DNA from: an uncultured Gemmatimonadales bacterium
GTDB taxonomy: Bacteria; Gemmatimonadota; Gemmatimonadetes; Gemmatimonadales; GWC2-71-9
Length of the DNA: 64,000 nucleotides
NCBI GenBank assembly: GCA_963730185.1
Contig: CAVSQW010000015.1
Location: 544,001-608,000, forward strand
Reading direction: 5' to 3'
The position numbers were made by a program, and so were the translations under genes. Below, piece by piece: positions 9,741 through 19,990 of this stretch. Each line of letters begins with the position of its first letter. Position 1 is the stretch's first letter. Under the pieces are notes generated by a model, which did no database searches, had not been told where the DNA came from, and was given only the letters and a program-made list of their open reading frames with translations.

Positions 9741-10930
9741 GCCGTGCCACCCCGCCGGTCGGGCCGGCCGAATCGGGAGAGGATGTCGTCCCGGAGTTTC
9801 CGGACCCGCCGGGCCAGGCCGATCGCCACCCGCCGCGCCAGCCGGGTCGGGGCCACGACTGGAGCCACGAGTCCGTGGAGGGCTCGCCGCCCTCGGGTGC
9901 CCTCGCGGTGGCGAGCCAGCCAGACCTGAACCGGCTCGGCCGGGGCCGATCGACGGCCCATCAGCGGACCAACCGCGTCGATCACGTGTCGGAACGCGGC
10001 CACCTCGTTGTAGTCGCGGAGGGCGCGCCGCCAGCCGGCCGCGGCCATGGCGCGACGCTCGTCGTCGTGGTCGAGGTAGTAGCGGCAGCGATCGATCGCC
10101 TCGTCGATGGTGTCGAACCCGACCACCTCTTCGTCCAGCCGGAACACCCGGCCCAGCCATGAGCGGTTGTCGCAGATCTGCAGGACGCCGTTGGCCGGGA
10201 GGTAGAAGGTCCGAAAGTTGATCGGCCCGGTCGAGTTGTGGACGTTGACGCCGAGCCGCGATCGTTGGAGCAGGGGGATGCGGTCGGCCTCCGGCAGGAA
10301 TCCGGCCGGCCAGCCGGGACCGTAGTAGGCGCCGTCGGGGAACGCGGCCGCGAAGCGATCCACTCGCTGCCGGCGGTAGTGGGTAACCCGCTCGCAGACG
10401 AGGCTGACCGGGACGTCGCGCTCACCGGTGAGAATCGCCTCCTCGGTGAGGCTCGGGTCGTAGTCGTCGGCCCGGAATCCATTCGGCCACCACGCCACCA
10501 CCCGGGCGCCCCACCGTCGGTAGGCGTCCAGCTCGGCGACGTTGCCCACCAGACAGACGTCGTGACCCGCGGCGATCGGTTCGGAGTAGTCGGCGGACGA
10601 CTCGGGGTCGTCGAAGAAGCCGAGCGCGCTGACGACGTTCAACTGGGAAAGGAAGTCGGGGTGGAGGTTCACGCCGCCGTAGTTGATCAGGACGTCGGCC
10701 GCCTCGGAGGCCTGGGCCACTCGTTCGTAGAGCGCCATGAGGCGCCGGTCGCCCCGCCGCCAGGCGGCGTCGAGGTCACGCCAAGGCATCCGCCTCCCCG
10801 GGACCGGCATCGAGACCTGCACCGGCCACACCTCGATCCCCGCCGTCCTGAGGCGGGCGAGCCAGGCTTCGATCCAGGTCGCGCCAAACGCGCCGGTGCC
10901 CTGAAAGACGTGGGCGAGCAGGAGACGCAT
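9737..10930 (-). CDS. Glycosyltransferase, CgeB-like (Glyco_trans_1_2)
   Basis: FFDDPE, YGPGW, SRLGVNVH, NFRTFY, EEVVGFDTIDE, ERRAMAAAG. ATG at 10930. Confidence 0.8.
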   Translation of the reverse strand: MRLLLAHVFQGTGAFGATWIEAWLARLRTAGIEVWPVQVSMPVPGRRMPWRDLDAAWRRGDRRLMALYERVAQASEAADVLINYGGVNLHPDFLSQLNVVSALGFFDDPESSADYSEPIAAGHDVCLVGNVAELDAYRRWGARVVAWWPNGFRADDYDPSLTEEAILTGERDVPVSLVCERVTHYRRQRVDRFAAAFPDGAYYGPGWPAGFLPEADRIPLLQRSRLGVNVHNSTGPINFRTFYLPANGVLQICDNRSWLGRVFRLDEEVVGFDTIDEAIDRCRYYLDHDDERRAMAAAGWRRALRDYNEVAAFRHVIDAVGPLMGRRSAPAEPVQVWLARHREGTRGRRALHGLVAPVVAPTRLARRVAIGLARRVRKLRDDILSRFGRPDRRGGTA

Positions 10931-10932
10931 GG

Positions 10933-12249
10933 TCAGGGTAGCCGGACCAGGTCGTGTCGGACCCTGAGGGTGATCGCCGCGAGGCCGACCGACCGTCCCG
11001 CCAGGTACGCGGCCGCGGCGCCGAGCGCTCCGATCCGGGGCACGAGCAGGGCGGCGGCGATGAGGATCACCGCGTCGCGGGGAACGTTCACGGCGGCCAG
11101 GGCGCTCCACATCCGCTCCCGGACCTGGAGCCCCTGGTTGAGCGCGATGGTCAGGGCCTCGGGCACCCCGGCCAGGAGCAGGAGGATGAGGACGTCGTAC
11201 CCGCCCCGGAACCCCGACCCGTAGAGGCCCAGCAGCCACCGCCCGAGCAGCCCGGTGGCGGCGAGGGCGAGGGCGAGAATCACGGTGGTCGCGACCAGGT
11301 TGGTCCGGAGCGCGTGGCGATAGCCCCGATCGCCTTCGAGGGCGTTCCGGCGGTTGATCCACGGCATCGTCACCCCGTTGACGATGGTCGGAACGAAGAG
11401 CACCGCGGTCAGCAGGTTCAGGCAGGCGGCGTAGACGGCCACGTCGCCGAAGCCCCGCGGCGAGCGCGCCAGCAGGGCTTGCACGCCCCAGAGCGCGGGA
11501 ATGGAGGTGAGGCCGCTCAGCGCTCCCGGGAGCGCGAAGTGGAGCAGGATCCGGCCCTCTTCGCGGATCGGAGCCGCCGCCTTCGGGATCGCCTGGCGCC
11601 GGCGTTCGACGTGGAGGGCCCAGGTGAGGAGGAGCGTCTGGAGCGCCGTGGCGGCCATCAGCCCGGCGACGGCGCCCTCGACGCCGCCGGTCCAGGCGCC
11701 GTAGGTCGTCAGCCCCAGGTAGCCCGTGCCGGCTGCGACGCCCGCGAGGCCCAGTCGGCGGAACGCCTCGAGGCCGGATAGAGCGCCGGTGAGGAAGGCG
11801 TTCCTGACCGAGAAGAGGGCGGTCGCCGCGGCGATCACCAAGGCGGCGTGGAGCCCCGGCGCCCGGAACACGGGGCCGGCCAGGCCGGAGGCCGACACCC
11901 CCAGCACGAGCGCCGCGACCACCGCGGCGGCCCAGGAGATCCGGCTGAAGAGTCCGAGCAGCCGCCCGGTCCGTTCGACGTCCCGGTGCCGCCACTCGGC
12001 CAGGTAGCGGGTGGCAGTGTAGCCGAGCCCCAGACTGGCGAAGCCGGCGGCCGCCTGGACCGTGGTCAGCACCAGGGCGTACTCGCCGAACGACGTCCGG
12101 CCGACCAGGTTGGCGATGGCCAGGTTGCTGGCCAGGGTGCTGCCCTGGTTGAACACCGTGCCGACGATCATCCAGGCCACGCTCCGCACCAGCGGCCCCG
12201 GGCGGGCGGTCGGTCCCGGCATCGCGGCCTCGGCCGGAGCGCCGGTCAC
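10933..12249 (-). CDS. Oligosaccharide flippase (Wzx/MOP family)
   Basis: About 12 TM segments. LAIANLVGRTSFGEYAL, ASLGLGYTATRYLA, LVPRIGALGAAAA. Start is GTG 12249 (coupled) or ATG 12222. Confidence 0.88.
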   Translation of the reverse strand: MTGAPAEAAMPGPTARPGPLVRSVAWMIVGTVFNQGSTLASNLAIANLVGRTSFGEYALVLTTVQAAAGFASLGLGYTATRYLAEWRHRDVERTGRLLGLFSRISWAAAVVAALVLGVSASGLAGPVFRAPGLHAALVIAAATALFSVRNAFLTGALSGLEAFRRLGLAGVAAGTGYLGLTTYGAWTGGVEGAVAGLMAATALQTLLLTWALHVERRRQAIPKAAAPIREEGRILLHFALPGALSGLTSIPALWGVQALLARSPRGFGDVAVYAACLNLLTAVLFVPTIVNGVTMPWINRRNALEGDRGYRHALRTNLVATTVILALALAATGLLGRWLLGLYGSGFRGGYDVLILLLLAGVPEALTIALNQGLQVRERMWSALAAVNVPRDAVILIAAALLVPRIGALGAAAAYLAGRSVGLAAITLRVRHDLVRLP

Positions 12250-13013
12250 GGGCGCCGCTCGCCTTCGCATACCAGCCAGGGGGCCAGGGGGGCCAGGTCG
12301 GTCGGCTGGATCAAGGCCAGCGCGTTGACGAGCCAGAAAAGCGCGGCCGGCAAGGGACGGGGCAGGACGCGGCCGATGCTCAGGAGCCCGACCGACACCC
12401 GCCCGGCGGGCCGGGCGGCGACCGAACCGGCCAGATTGCGAGGTGCCAACCGGGCCAACCGGTCCAGGTCCATGATCCCGGTGTTGTGGAGCGCCAGGTT
12501 TTCGGGGTCGAGCCGGCGCTGGAGCCGTCCGTAGACGCCGCCGTAGTTGGGAATCGCGATGATGGCGCGACCGCCGGGGCGGAGCAGCTCGAAGTGCCGC
12601 CGCACGATCGGGAGGGGGTCGTCGAAGTGCTCGATGACCCCGAGGCTGTAGACCAGGTCGAAGCTGCCAAGCGGGAAGGTGGTAGCGAAGACGTCCTCGC
12701 ACCGAAGGTCGGCGGTCAGCCCCAGGGTCTCGAACAGCCGCCGGCCAGTCCGCACTCCTGGCTCCGAGAAGTCGAGGCCCGCGACCGACGCCTCGAGTTC
12801 GGCCGCCACCCAGGCCAGGTGCTTGCCCGGTGCGAACCCGATCTCGAGCACCCGCGCGCCGGGGCGGACCCACGGGCGAACCAGCCGCTGAAAGTCGCGG
12901 GTGCTCGCGAGCCAGCCGGACGGCAGGCGAAACCGGATCGGGGCGTCGTGCGCCTCGTCCCAGTGGCCTTTCGTCGTGAGCCGTCCCTCGGTCGAGGAGC
13001 CGGTATCGGTCAT
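12246..13013 (-). CDS. Class I SAM-dependent methyltransferase
   Basis: VLEIGFAPG, GLDFS, FDLVYSLGVIEHF, LLRPGG. ATG at 13013. Confidence 0.9.
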   Translation of the reverse strand: MTDTGSSTEGRLTTKGHWDEAHDAPIRFRLPSGWLASTRDFQRLVRPWVRPGARVLEIGFAPGKHLAWVAAELEASVAGLDFSEPGVRTGRRLFETLGLTADLRCEDVFATTFPLGSFDLVYSLGVIEHFDDPLPIVRRHFELLRPGGRAIIAIPNYGGVYGRLQRRLDPENLALHNTGIMDLDRLARLAPRNLAGSVAARPAGRVSVGLLSIGRVLPRPLPAALFWLVNALALIQPTDLAPLAPWLVCEGERRP

Positions 13014-13027
13014 CCGGGTGGCCCCCT

Positions 13028-13966
13028 TCAGACGACGGCTTCGGACCTCATCGCGGCGGTGGTGCGCTCCAAGCCGTCCCGGAAGCCGACGGTGGGTTCG
13101 TAGCGGAGCAGCTGCCGGGCCTGGCCGATGTCCGCGTAGGAATGCGGCACGTCGCCCATCCGGGACGGATTGAACCGGGCCGGCAGCCGCTCTCCGGTGA
13201 TGTCCTGCAAGTTCTCCAGGAGCTCCAGCACCGTGTGACGCGAGCCGGCCGCGATGTTGAACACTTGGCCCGCCACGCCGGCCGACTGGCAGGCGTTCAG
13301 ATTGGCCTGGACCACGTTGTCGACGAAGGTGAAGTCGCGGGTCTGGCTCCCGTCCCCGTTGATCAGCGGCGCCTCGCCCTTGAGGAGCTTGCTGATGAAG
13401 ATCGGGATCACCGCCGAGTACTGGGAGGTGGGGTCCTGCTGGGGCCCGAAGACGTTGAAGTAGCGGAGCATCACCGTCTCGAACCGGTAGAGCTCCCAGA
13501 AGGCGCGGCAGTAGTTCTCGCCCGCCAGCTTGCTCACCGCGTAGGGCGAGATCGGGAGCGGCATCATGTCCTCGCGCTTGGGCAGCTCCGGATTGCGGCC
13601 GTAGATGGAGGAGCTGCTGGCGTAGATCAGCCGCGCCACCTTGGCGTCGCGGCTGGCGTTGAGGACGTTCAAGGTGCCGACCACGTTGACGTCGTTGGAC
13701 GTGATCGGGTCGCGAATCGACCGGGGAACGGACGGCAGTGCCGCCTGATGAAGGACGAAGTGCACTCCCTCGACCGCTTCCCGCACCGTGTGGTAGCTCC
13801 GGATGTCGCCCTCGATTACTTCCACCTCGGGCAGATCGGCGAGGTTCCGCCGAAAACCGGTGGAGAAGTTGTCGAGCACGCGGACCTTGTCGCCCCGCGT
13901 GTGAAGAGCCCGGACCAGATGCGAGCCGATGAAGCCCGCGCCGCCGGTGACGAGATAAGTGGCCAT
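13028..13966 (-). CDS. UDP-GlcNAc(A) 4-epimerase-like SDR (WbpP/TviC group)
   Basis: VTGGAGFIGSH, HQAALPSVPRSI, SSSSIYG, PYAVSK, RYFNVFGPQQDPTSQYSAVIP. SD GGGAGA upstream. Confidence 0.92.
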   Translation of the reverse strand: MATYLVTGGAGFIGSHLVRALHTRGDKVRVLDNFSTGFRRNLADLPEVEVIEGDIRSYHTVREAVEGVHFVLHQAALPSVPRSIRDPITSNDVNVVGTLNVLNASRDAKVARLIYASSSSIYGRNPELPKREDMMPLPISPYAVSKLAGENYCRAFWELYRFETVMLRYFNVFGPQQDPTSQYSAVIPIFISKLLKGEAPLINGDGSQTRDFTFVDNVVQANLNACQSAGVAGQVFNIAAGSRHTVLELLENLQDITGERLPARFNPSRMGDVPHSYADIGQARQLLRYEPTVGFRDGLERTTAAMRSEAVV

Positions 13967-14301
13967 GAGGTCTCCCTGAGGTCAGTGTCAATAAAAGGCG
14001 GGTCCGGCGCTCCCGCCAAGGTTCTCGACCGCCGACGAGGGCCCTTTGGTCCCCTGACGCGGGTCGGCGCTTGGATCGACGCGACCATCATGACAAGATT
14101 CAGGGCGGAATGGAGGGTTTTCGATCGAGGACGGTCCGCGCATTCCGGGATGGCGGGGCCTTACGTCCAGGAGCCACTCCAAACCGTGCAACAACGAGGT
14201 GCCCGGCTCGTCTCTCGTCGTGTTATGATCAAGCGGTCGGCGGCGACGCCGGCCTCCTGACCGACCGGTTCAGGACCGAACTTCAGTCCCAGGAGTGCCC
14301 C

Positions 14302-16257
14302 TTGGTGAGGCGTCTCAGCCGCCGACACGTCCGGAACCGCTACCTGGCCGGGTTCGACATCGCGGGGTTCGCGATCGTCCTGTTCCTGGCCTACAGCGTC
14401 CGTTTCGAGGCGTTCGCGTGGCCGGTGGCCCAAGCGGAGACGTTTCTCCGGTTCCTGCCCCTCACGATCGCCCTCAAGGTGCTGGTCTTCTACCGAGCCG
14501 GCCTTTACCGGCGGCTCTGGCGCTACGCCGGCATGGTGGAGCTGGAGCGGATCGCCGTCGCGGTCCTGGTGGCCGCCGGCCTCTCGTTCACGGTCGGCGT
14601 GTGGTTCCTGCCGGCCCTAGGCCTGGTATCGGTCCGGGTGCCGATGTCGGTCGCGGCCCTCGACGGGGTGCTGACCCTGGTCGTGGCCGTGGCGCCCCGA
14701 TTCTACATCCGGGCGGTCTCCGCCCGAGGCAGCGGCCGGCCGCTCCATCCCGAGGCACGCCGGGTGCTGATCGCCGGAGCCGGGTCGGCGGGCGAGCTGA
14801 TCGCCAAGGAGCTGCGAGCCAATCCCGAGCTCAGCCTGACACCGGTGGGCTTCGTGGACGACGACCCGGCCAAGCACGGCCTCGAGCTCTCGGGGATCTC
14901 GATCCTTGGCCCGGTCGAGAAACTGATCGACTACCGGGAGCGATGCCGGGCCGACGAGGTGATCGTGGCGATGCCCTCGGCGACCGGGGCCACCATCCGG
15001 CGGGTCATGCAGCTGGCCGAGGCCGCCGGGCTCCGGACCCGCACCATCCCGGGGATGTTCGAGCTCCTGTCGGGCCGGGTGGCCGTCAGCGCCCTCCGAC
15101 CGATCCAGATCGAAGACCTGCTCCGCCGCGATCCGGTCCGGATCGACTTCGACCGGGTCCAGTTGCTGGTCGAGAACGAGACCGTGGTGGTGACCGGGGC
15201 GGGCGGGTCGATCGGCAGCGAGATCTGCCGCCAAGTTGCCGCCCTCGGTCCGGGACAGCTGCTGCTCCTGGGGCACGGCGAAAACTCGATCTTCGACATC
15301 ACGGCCGAGCTGACCGACCGGTATCCGTCGGTGCCGATCATCCCGCTCATCGCCGACGTCCGCGACCGGCCCCGGATCTTGCAGCTGTTCGAGGCCTACC
15401 GTCCCGGGCTGGTGCTCCACACCGCGGCCCACAAGCACGTGCCGCTGATGGAGATCAACGTGCCCGAGGCGGTGAGCAACAACGTGGTGGGCACCCGGAA
15501 TGTGGCCGAGGCGGCGGTCCAGTGCGGCGCCGCCAGGATGGTGATGGTCTCGACCGACAAGGCGGTCCGGCCCACCAACGTGATGGGCGCCACCAAGCGA
15601 GTGGCCGAGCAGATCGTCCAGGGCCTGGCCCAGCAGCACGGGGTGGACTTCATCTCGGTCCGGTTCGGCAACGTGCTCGGGAGCCGGGGCAGCGTGGTGC
15701 CCACCTTCCTGAGCCAAATCCAGCTGGGCGGCCCGATCACGGTGACCCACCCGGAGATGCGCCGCTACTTCATGACCATCCCCGAGTCGGTGCAGCTGGT
15801 GCTCCAGGCGGCGGTCCTGAGCCGGGGCGGGGAGGTCTACGCGCTCGACATGGGTGAGCCGGTCAAGATCGTGGACCTGGCGGCCGATCTGATCCGGCTC
15901 TCCGGGCTCGAGGTCGGGCGCGACATCGAGATCCAGTTCACCGGGGTCCGCCCCGGCGAGAAGCTCTACGAAGAGGTGTTCTTCGGGAAGGAGGAGGCCG
16001 AGCCCACCGAGCATCCCAAGGTGCTCCGGGCGCGGCACGCCCACCTGCCGATCGGGCTCTCGACGGTGGTGGCGCGCCTCGTCGCCGGCGCCGAGGCCGG
16101 CGCCTCGGACGACGAGCTCCGCGAGCTCCTTCAGCGCCTGGTGCCCGACTACGCTCCCGAGGGGAGCGCGCACAACATCGCCCACCGGCGCCCGTCGGGC
16201 AGGTACGAGCTCCCGCCCTCCCCGGTCCCGAAGCCGATCAAGAACCCCGGCGCCTAG
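14302..16257 (+). CDS. Membrane-anchored nucleoside-diphosphate sugar 4,6-dehydratase (PglF/CapD/WbpM)
   Basis: Four N-terminal TM segments, IAGAGSAG, IEDLLRRDP, VTGAGGSIGSE, AAHKHVPLME, STDKAV, MGATKR, RFGNVLGSRGSV, GEKLYEE. Start TTG 14302 or GTG 14305 after AGGAG. Confidence 0.95.
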   Translation: MVRRLSRRHVRNRYLAGFDIAGFAIVLFLAYSVRFEAFAWPVAQAETFLRFLPLTIALKVLVFYRAGLYRRLWRYAGMVELERIAVAVLVAAGLSFTVGVWFLPALGLVSVRVPMSVAALDGVLTLVVAVAPRFYIRAVSARGSGRPLHPEARRVLIAGAGSAGELIAKELRANPELSLTPVGFVDDDPAKHGLELSGISILGPVEKLIDYRERCRADEVIVAMPSATGATIRRVMQLAEAAGLRTRTIPGMFELLSGRVAVSALRPIQIEDLLRRDPVRIDFDRVQLLVENETVVVTGAGGSIGSEICRQVAALGPGQLLLLGHGENSIFDITAELTDRYPSVPIIPLIADVRDRPRILQLFEAYRPGLVLHTAAHKHVPLMEINVPEAVSNNVVGTRNVAEAAVQCGAARMVMVSTDKAVRPTNVMGATKRVAEQIVQGLAQQHGVDFISVRFGNVLGSRGSVVPTFLSQIQLGGPITVTHPEMRRYFMTIPESVQLVLQAAVLSRGGEVYALDMGEPVKIVDLAADLIRLSGLEVGRDIEIQFTGVRPGEKLYEEVFFGKEEAEPTEHPKVLRARHAHLPIGLSTVVARLVAGAEAGASDDELRELLQRLVPDYAPEGSAHNIAHRRPSGRYELPPSPVPKPIKNPGA

Positions 16258-18818
16258 AGCTTGGTCGCCACCACCAGGATGGTCACGGTGCTGGCCAGGA
16301 TCTGCGCCACCGAACCGAGGAAGCCGGCCCAGTCCCTCCGGTCGTTGGGGTCGCGCTCCGGGACGAACACCGTGCTGCCCGCCCGGGGCTTGGGCTTGGA
16401 GTCGGGAAGCAGGAACCGCCGCTTGACGCTCTCCAACCGGCCGCCCGGCTGGACCACGTAGGCTCGGCCCTTGTCCGCCAGGCGGGAATACCCGCCCGCC
16501 GCCGCCACGTAGTCGTCCACGTTCCAGCCGGGCTGCGAGAGCACGGTAGTGGGCGAGTTGACCGCGCCGAGGATCCGGACCGTCGGGTCGAACTCGGGAA
16601 TGTCGAGCGAGTCGCCGGTCTGCATCACGATGTTCTGCCGGGCGTCCGGCCGTTCCAGGGCGAGGCTCAAGTCGAGCCCCACCCGTCGGGCCAGCGAGGT
16701 CCCGAGTCGAAGCGAGTCGGCCATGACGGACAGACTGTCGCGCTGGCCCGAGTCGGCCTGGGACGCCAGGCGTCCCAGGAGCCGGATGTCGTCGGGTGAG
16801 GTGGGCTGCCGCCGATAGAGTCCGGCGCCCAGGGGATACGCCTCTCGGGTCAGGCCGCCGGCCCGCTGGATCAGGTCGCGGACCCGATCGGTCTTGGTCA
16901 GCAGGGCATAGCGGCCCGGGAACTTGACCTGGCCGGTGAGGGTGACCGTGCGCTGGAGCTCCCAGTCCGGCTGCCGCATGACCAGCACGTTGTCGTACGG
17001 CGCGAGTCGGGTCTCGGGCGCGCCGCCGGCGGGGGCGGGAAGCCCGGGCGGGCCATCGTACTTGCCGTCGGGACCCCGGTCGAAGAGGTAGCTCGAGTCC
17101 ATCGGCGCCCGGAAGCTGGTCGCCAGGACGCCCGCGGTGCGGTCGGTCGGGAGCCTGGCGATCTCGGCTTCGGCCAGCCAGGCGTCCTCGGTGAGCCCGT
17201 CGGCCTCGAGGACCGCGTCCTTGAGCGTCATCCCTTCGCGATAGCGGATCCGGCCGGACCGTTTGACCGCGCCGGTCACCACCACGTACCGCTCGGGCCG
17301 GAAGGTGGTCCGGGCGAAGACGGTGATCTGGTCGTCTTCCTGGAGCGGGAGGTCGTTGGTCACGGCGCCGGTCGAGTCACGGAAGGCGGAGCGGAGCTGG
17401 GCCCGGGTGGAGTCCGGGTTGAGGCGGCTGATGAGAATCTGCCCGAGGAAGACGTCCGGCTTCGGCCCGCCGGCGAGACGAATGGCGTCGCTCAGGCGCA
17501 TGTCGGGGGTGTACCCCACCGGACCCACGGTCCAGACGTTGCCCTCGACCGTCACCACGTTCCGGCGCCGCTCGGCGATCCGGAACACCTTGACCCGGTC
17601 GCCCGCGAGCAGCGGGAAGCCCGGCGCCACGCTGTCGCTGAGCTCGGACTCGGCCAGATCGATCAGGACCCGGTCGCGGCCGCCCGGCCCACGCTGGGCC
17701 GGCGGCAGGATCCGCTCGATCTGGATCCGGCGGCGGAGGGCGGCCGGGTCGAATCCGCCGGCCGACGCGATCAGCTCGCGGAGGGTCTCGCCCGACGCCA
17801 GCTCGTAGTACGCAGGGCGGACCACGGCGCCGGTGATCTCGACCCGGGCACCGTGGACCGGGACGAAGATCACGTCGCCCGACTCGAGCCGGATGTCGTG
17901 GGCCGCGTTGCCGCGGAGCAGATAGTCGTAGACGTCGAGGGTGTCGATCAAGGCGCCGCCCCGCCGGATCTCCACTCGCCGGAAGCTCCCCTTGTCGGTC
18001 GGACCGCCCGCCAGGTACAGCGCCGTGAGTACCGTGCCGGCGCTCGACACCTGATAGGAGCCGGGGCGGGCCACGTCGCCGATCACGAACACCTGGTTGG
18101 TGCGGAGCCGGGCGACCGTCACCTGGAAGCGGGTCGAGGCACCGGCCCCTCGCCGGACCCCGCTGTAGACCCGGCCCAGCCGGGTGTAGAGCAGGGTCTC
18201 GAGGCTGGCGAGGGTGAGCCCGGAGACGTAGATCTGGCCGACTTGGGGGATCACGATGAAGCCCTCGCGAGTCACCTCGAGGGTGTGGGCCAGCTCCACG
18301 TCGCCGGTCAGGATCAGGACCAGCACGTCGCCCGGACCGAGCCGGTAGGACGGGTCCACCGGGCCGGTGACCACCGGCTGGAACTGGGTGCTGACCCGGT
18401 GGAACACGTCGAGCCCGAAAATCGCGACCGAATCACTGGTCGCGGGCAAGTCGCGCCGAGGGGTGCCGGGCCGGCCGGCGACGCTGTCGGCGGCCAGGAG
18501 TGGACGGTCTTCCTCGTTCCGGAACCCCAAAGCCCGCATGGCGTCGAGCACCTGGTCGTCGACCTGCCCGCCGGTGCCCGCCGATGACGAGCTCCCCAGA
18601 TAGGTGTCGAGCAACCCGGGCGGATAGCCCCCCGCGCTCAAGCGAGAGCGAACCTGGTCCGGCGTCAGGCCGGAGTTGGTGATGTAGCTCCGGATCCTCG
18701 CGCCCAGATCGGGCCGCGATTGGAGCAGCGCCCGTGCCTGGTCCGGTGTCGGCTGCTGGGCCCGGCCCACCCCGGGGAGCATGGCGAGGAGGCTCGCCAG
18801 GACGAGGAATAGGCGCAT
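16254..18818 (-). CDS. Polysaccharide export protein with multiple SLBB domains (Wza/KpsD-like)
   Basis: Signal peptide, IFGLDVF, YRLGPGDVL (Poly_export), repeated V.GxVxxPG/AGG SLBB units, C-terminal amphipathic helix. Start 18818 (alternative 18845). Confidence 0.92.
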   Translation of the reverse strand: MRLFLVLASLLAMLPGVGRAQQPTPDQARALLQSRPDLGARIRSYITNSGLTPDQVRSRLSAGGYPPGLLDTYLGSSSSAGTGGQVDDQVLDAMRALGFRNEEDRPLLAADSVAGRPGTPRRDLPATSDSVAIFGLDVFHRVSTQFQPVVTGPVDPSYRLGPGDVLVLILTGDVELAHTLEVTREGFIVIPQVGQIYVSGLTLASLETLLYTRLGRVYSGVRRGAGASTRFQVTVARLRTNQVFVIGDVARPGSYQVSSAGTVLTALYLAGGPTDKGSFRRVEIRRGGALIDTLDVYDYLLRGNAAHDIRLESGDVIFVPVHGARVEITGAVVRPAYYELASGETLRELIASAGGFDPAALRRRIQIERILPPAQRGPGGRDRVLIDLAESELSDSVAPGFPLLAGDRVKVFRIAERRRNVVTVEGNVWTVGPVGYTPDMRLSDAIRLAGGPKPDVFLGQILISRLNPDSTRAQLRSAFRDSTGAVTNDLPLQEDDQITVFARTTFRPERYVVVTGAVKRSGRIRYREGMTLKDAVLEADGLTEDAWLAEAEIARLPTDRTAGVLATSFRAPMDSSYLFDRGPDGKYDGPPGLPAPAGGAPETRLAPYDNVLVMRQPDWELQRTVTLTGQVKFPGRYALLTKTDRVRDLIQRAGGLTREAYPLGAGLYRRQPTSPDDIRLLGRLASQADSGQRDSLSVMADSLRLGTSLARRVGLDLSLALERPDARQNIVMQTGDSLDIPEFDPTVRILGAVNSPTTVLSQPGWNVDDYVAAAGGYSRLADKGRAYVVQPGGRLESVKRRFLLPDSKPKPRAGSTVFVPERDPNDRRDWAGFLGSVAQILASTVTILVVATKL

Positions 18819-18834
18819 GAACCGCTCCCGGTGG

Positions 18835-19926
18835 CTAGCTGGCATGGCGCACCGCCCGCCGCTCGTCGAGCAGGGCCTGCCAGAACTCGGCGGTCCGGGC
18901 GGCGACCGCGGCGGTGGTGTAGTGCTCGAGCGCCCGCTGGCGGGCCAGGCTGCCGAGGGCGCGACAACGGGCGGGCTCGGCGACCCACTGCTGGAGGGCG
19001 GCGGTGAGCGTGGGCCCGGCCGCGGCGACCACGCCCGCGTCTCCCACCAGCTCGGGCAGCGCACCGGAGTCGCTCACCAGAGCGGGGAGCCCGCGGGCCA
19101 TGGCGTCCACCAGGACGGTGGAATGCTGCTCGACCCAGGTGGGGGTGGTCCGCGAGGGCACGGCGAGACAGTCGATCTCGGGCCAGAACTGCTCCATGAC
19201 CTCGGGGCGGATCCCGCCGAGCCAGCGGACCCGGGCCGCGAGCCCGTGGCGCTCGACCAGCCGCTCGAGGGGCTCCTGCTCGGGGCCGGTGCCGGCCACG
19301 ACCAGCTTCCAGGTCCCATAGGTCTGACTGAGCGCCTCGAACAACTGGTCGAGCCCGCGCTCCGGAACCAGGCGGCCGGCGAAGCCGATGGTGAGGCCCT
19401 CCCGCAGGGTGGGCGCCGGGCGGAGCGGCGGCATCGCGATGCCGGCCTGGGGCAGCACGGTGGACAGCGCCTCCGGGGCGTCGGCCCGAAGCAGCTCCTC
19501 GGCCAGGCGGTTGCCGCCGATGACCCCGCTCGCGCCGCCCAACACTCGCTTGGCCCGGCGGCGGAGGCGTAGACCCAGCGGCCGGGCCAGGCTCTCCCAG
19601 CTGAAGATCACGTAGGGCACATCGAGCGAGCCGGCCGCCGCGGCCGTGGTGTCGGCGAGCGGCGTCTCCGGATTCTCCTCGATCTGGATCAGGTCGGGCC
19701 GAAACTCGGTCAGGAGCCGTCGCAGGGCGCCGCCGTGCCAGCGAAGCGTCGCCGGTTCGGCCGGATTGCCCTTGACCGGGATCGGCGCCAGCCGCACGGC
19801 CCCGTCGGCCGCGGCCTCGCCGCCGGGCGTGGCGGCGACGACGTCCCAGCCCAGCCCGGCGAGGACGCGGAGCTTGTCGCGTCTGCCGGGTTCGCGATAG
19901 AAGGTGGAGAGCACCAGGGCGCGCAC
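18835..19926 (-). CDS. Glycosyltransferase family 4
   Basis: IGFAGRLVPERG, LAVPSRTTPTWVEQ..VLVDAMARG, SDSGALPE. Confidence 0.88.
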   Translation of the reverse strand: MRALVLSTFYREPGRRDKLRVLAGLGWDVVAATPGGEAAADGAVRLAPIPVKGNPAEPATLRWHGGALRRLLTEFRPDLIQIEENPETPLADTTAAAAGSLDVPYVIFSWESLARPLGLRLRRRAKRVLGGASGVIGGNRLAEELLRADAPEALSTVLPQAGIAMPPLRPAPTLREGLTIGFAGRLVPERGLDQLFEALSQTYGTWKLVVAGTGPEQEPLERLVERHGLAARVRWLGGIRPEVMEQFWPEIDCLAVPSRTTPTWVEQHSTVLVDAMARGLPALVSDSGALPELVGDAGVVAAAGPTLTAALQQWVAEPARCRALGSLARQRALEHYTTAAVAARTAEFWQALLDERRAVRHAS

Positions 19927-19990
19927 AGTCCCACAATAATGGTCGGGGCGCGCCTCGGCGCAAAGGGATTTTCGAGCGTGATCGTTCCGG

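Noticed and set aside
13967..14301. ops/JUMPStart element ahead of the polysaccharide operon
   Set aside because: I did not find GGCGGTAG on either strand in this intergenic region.
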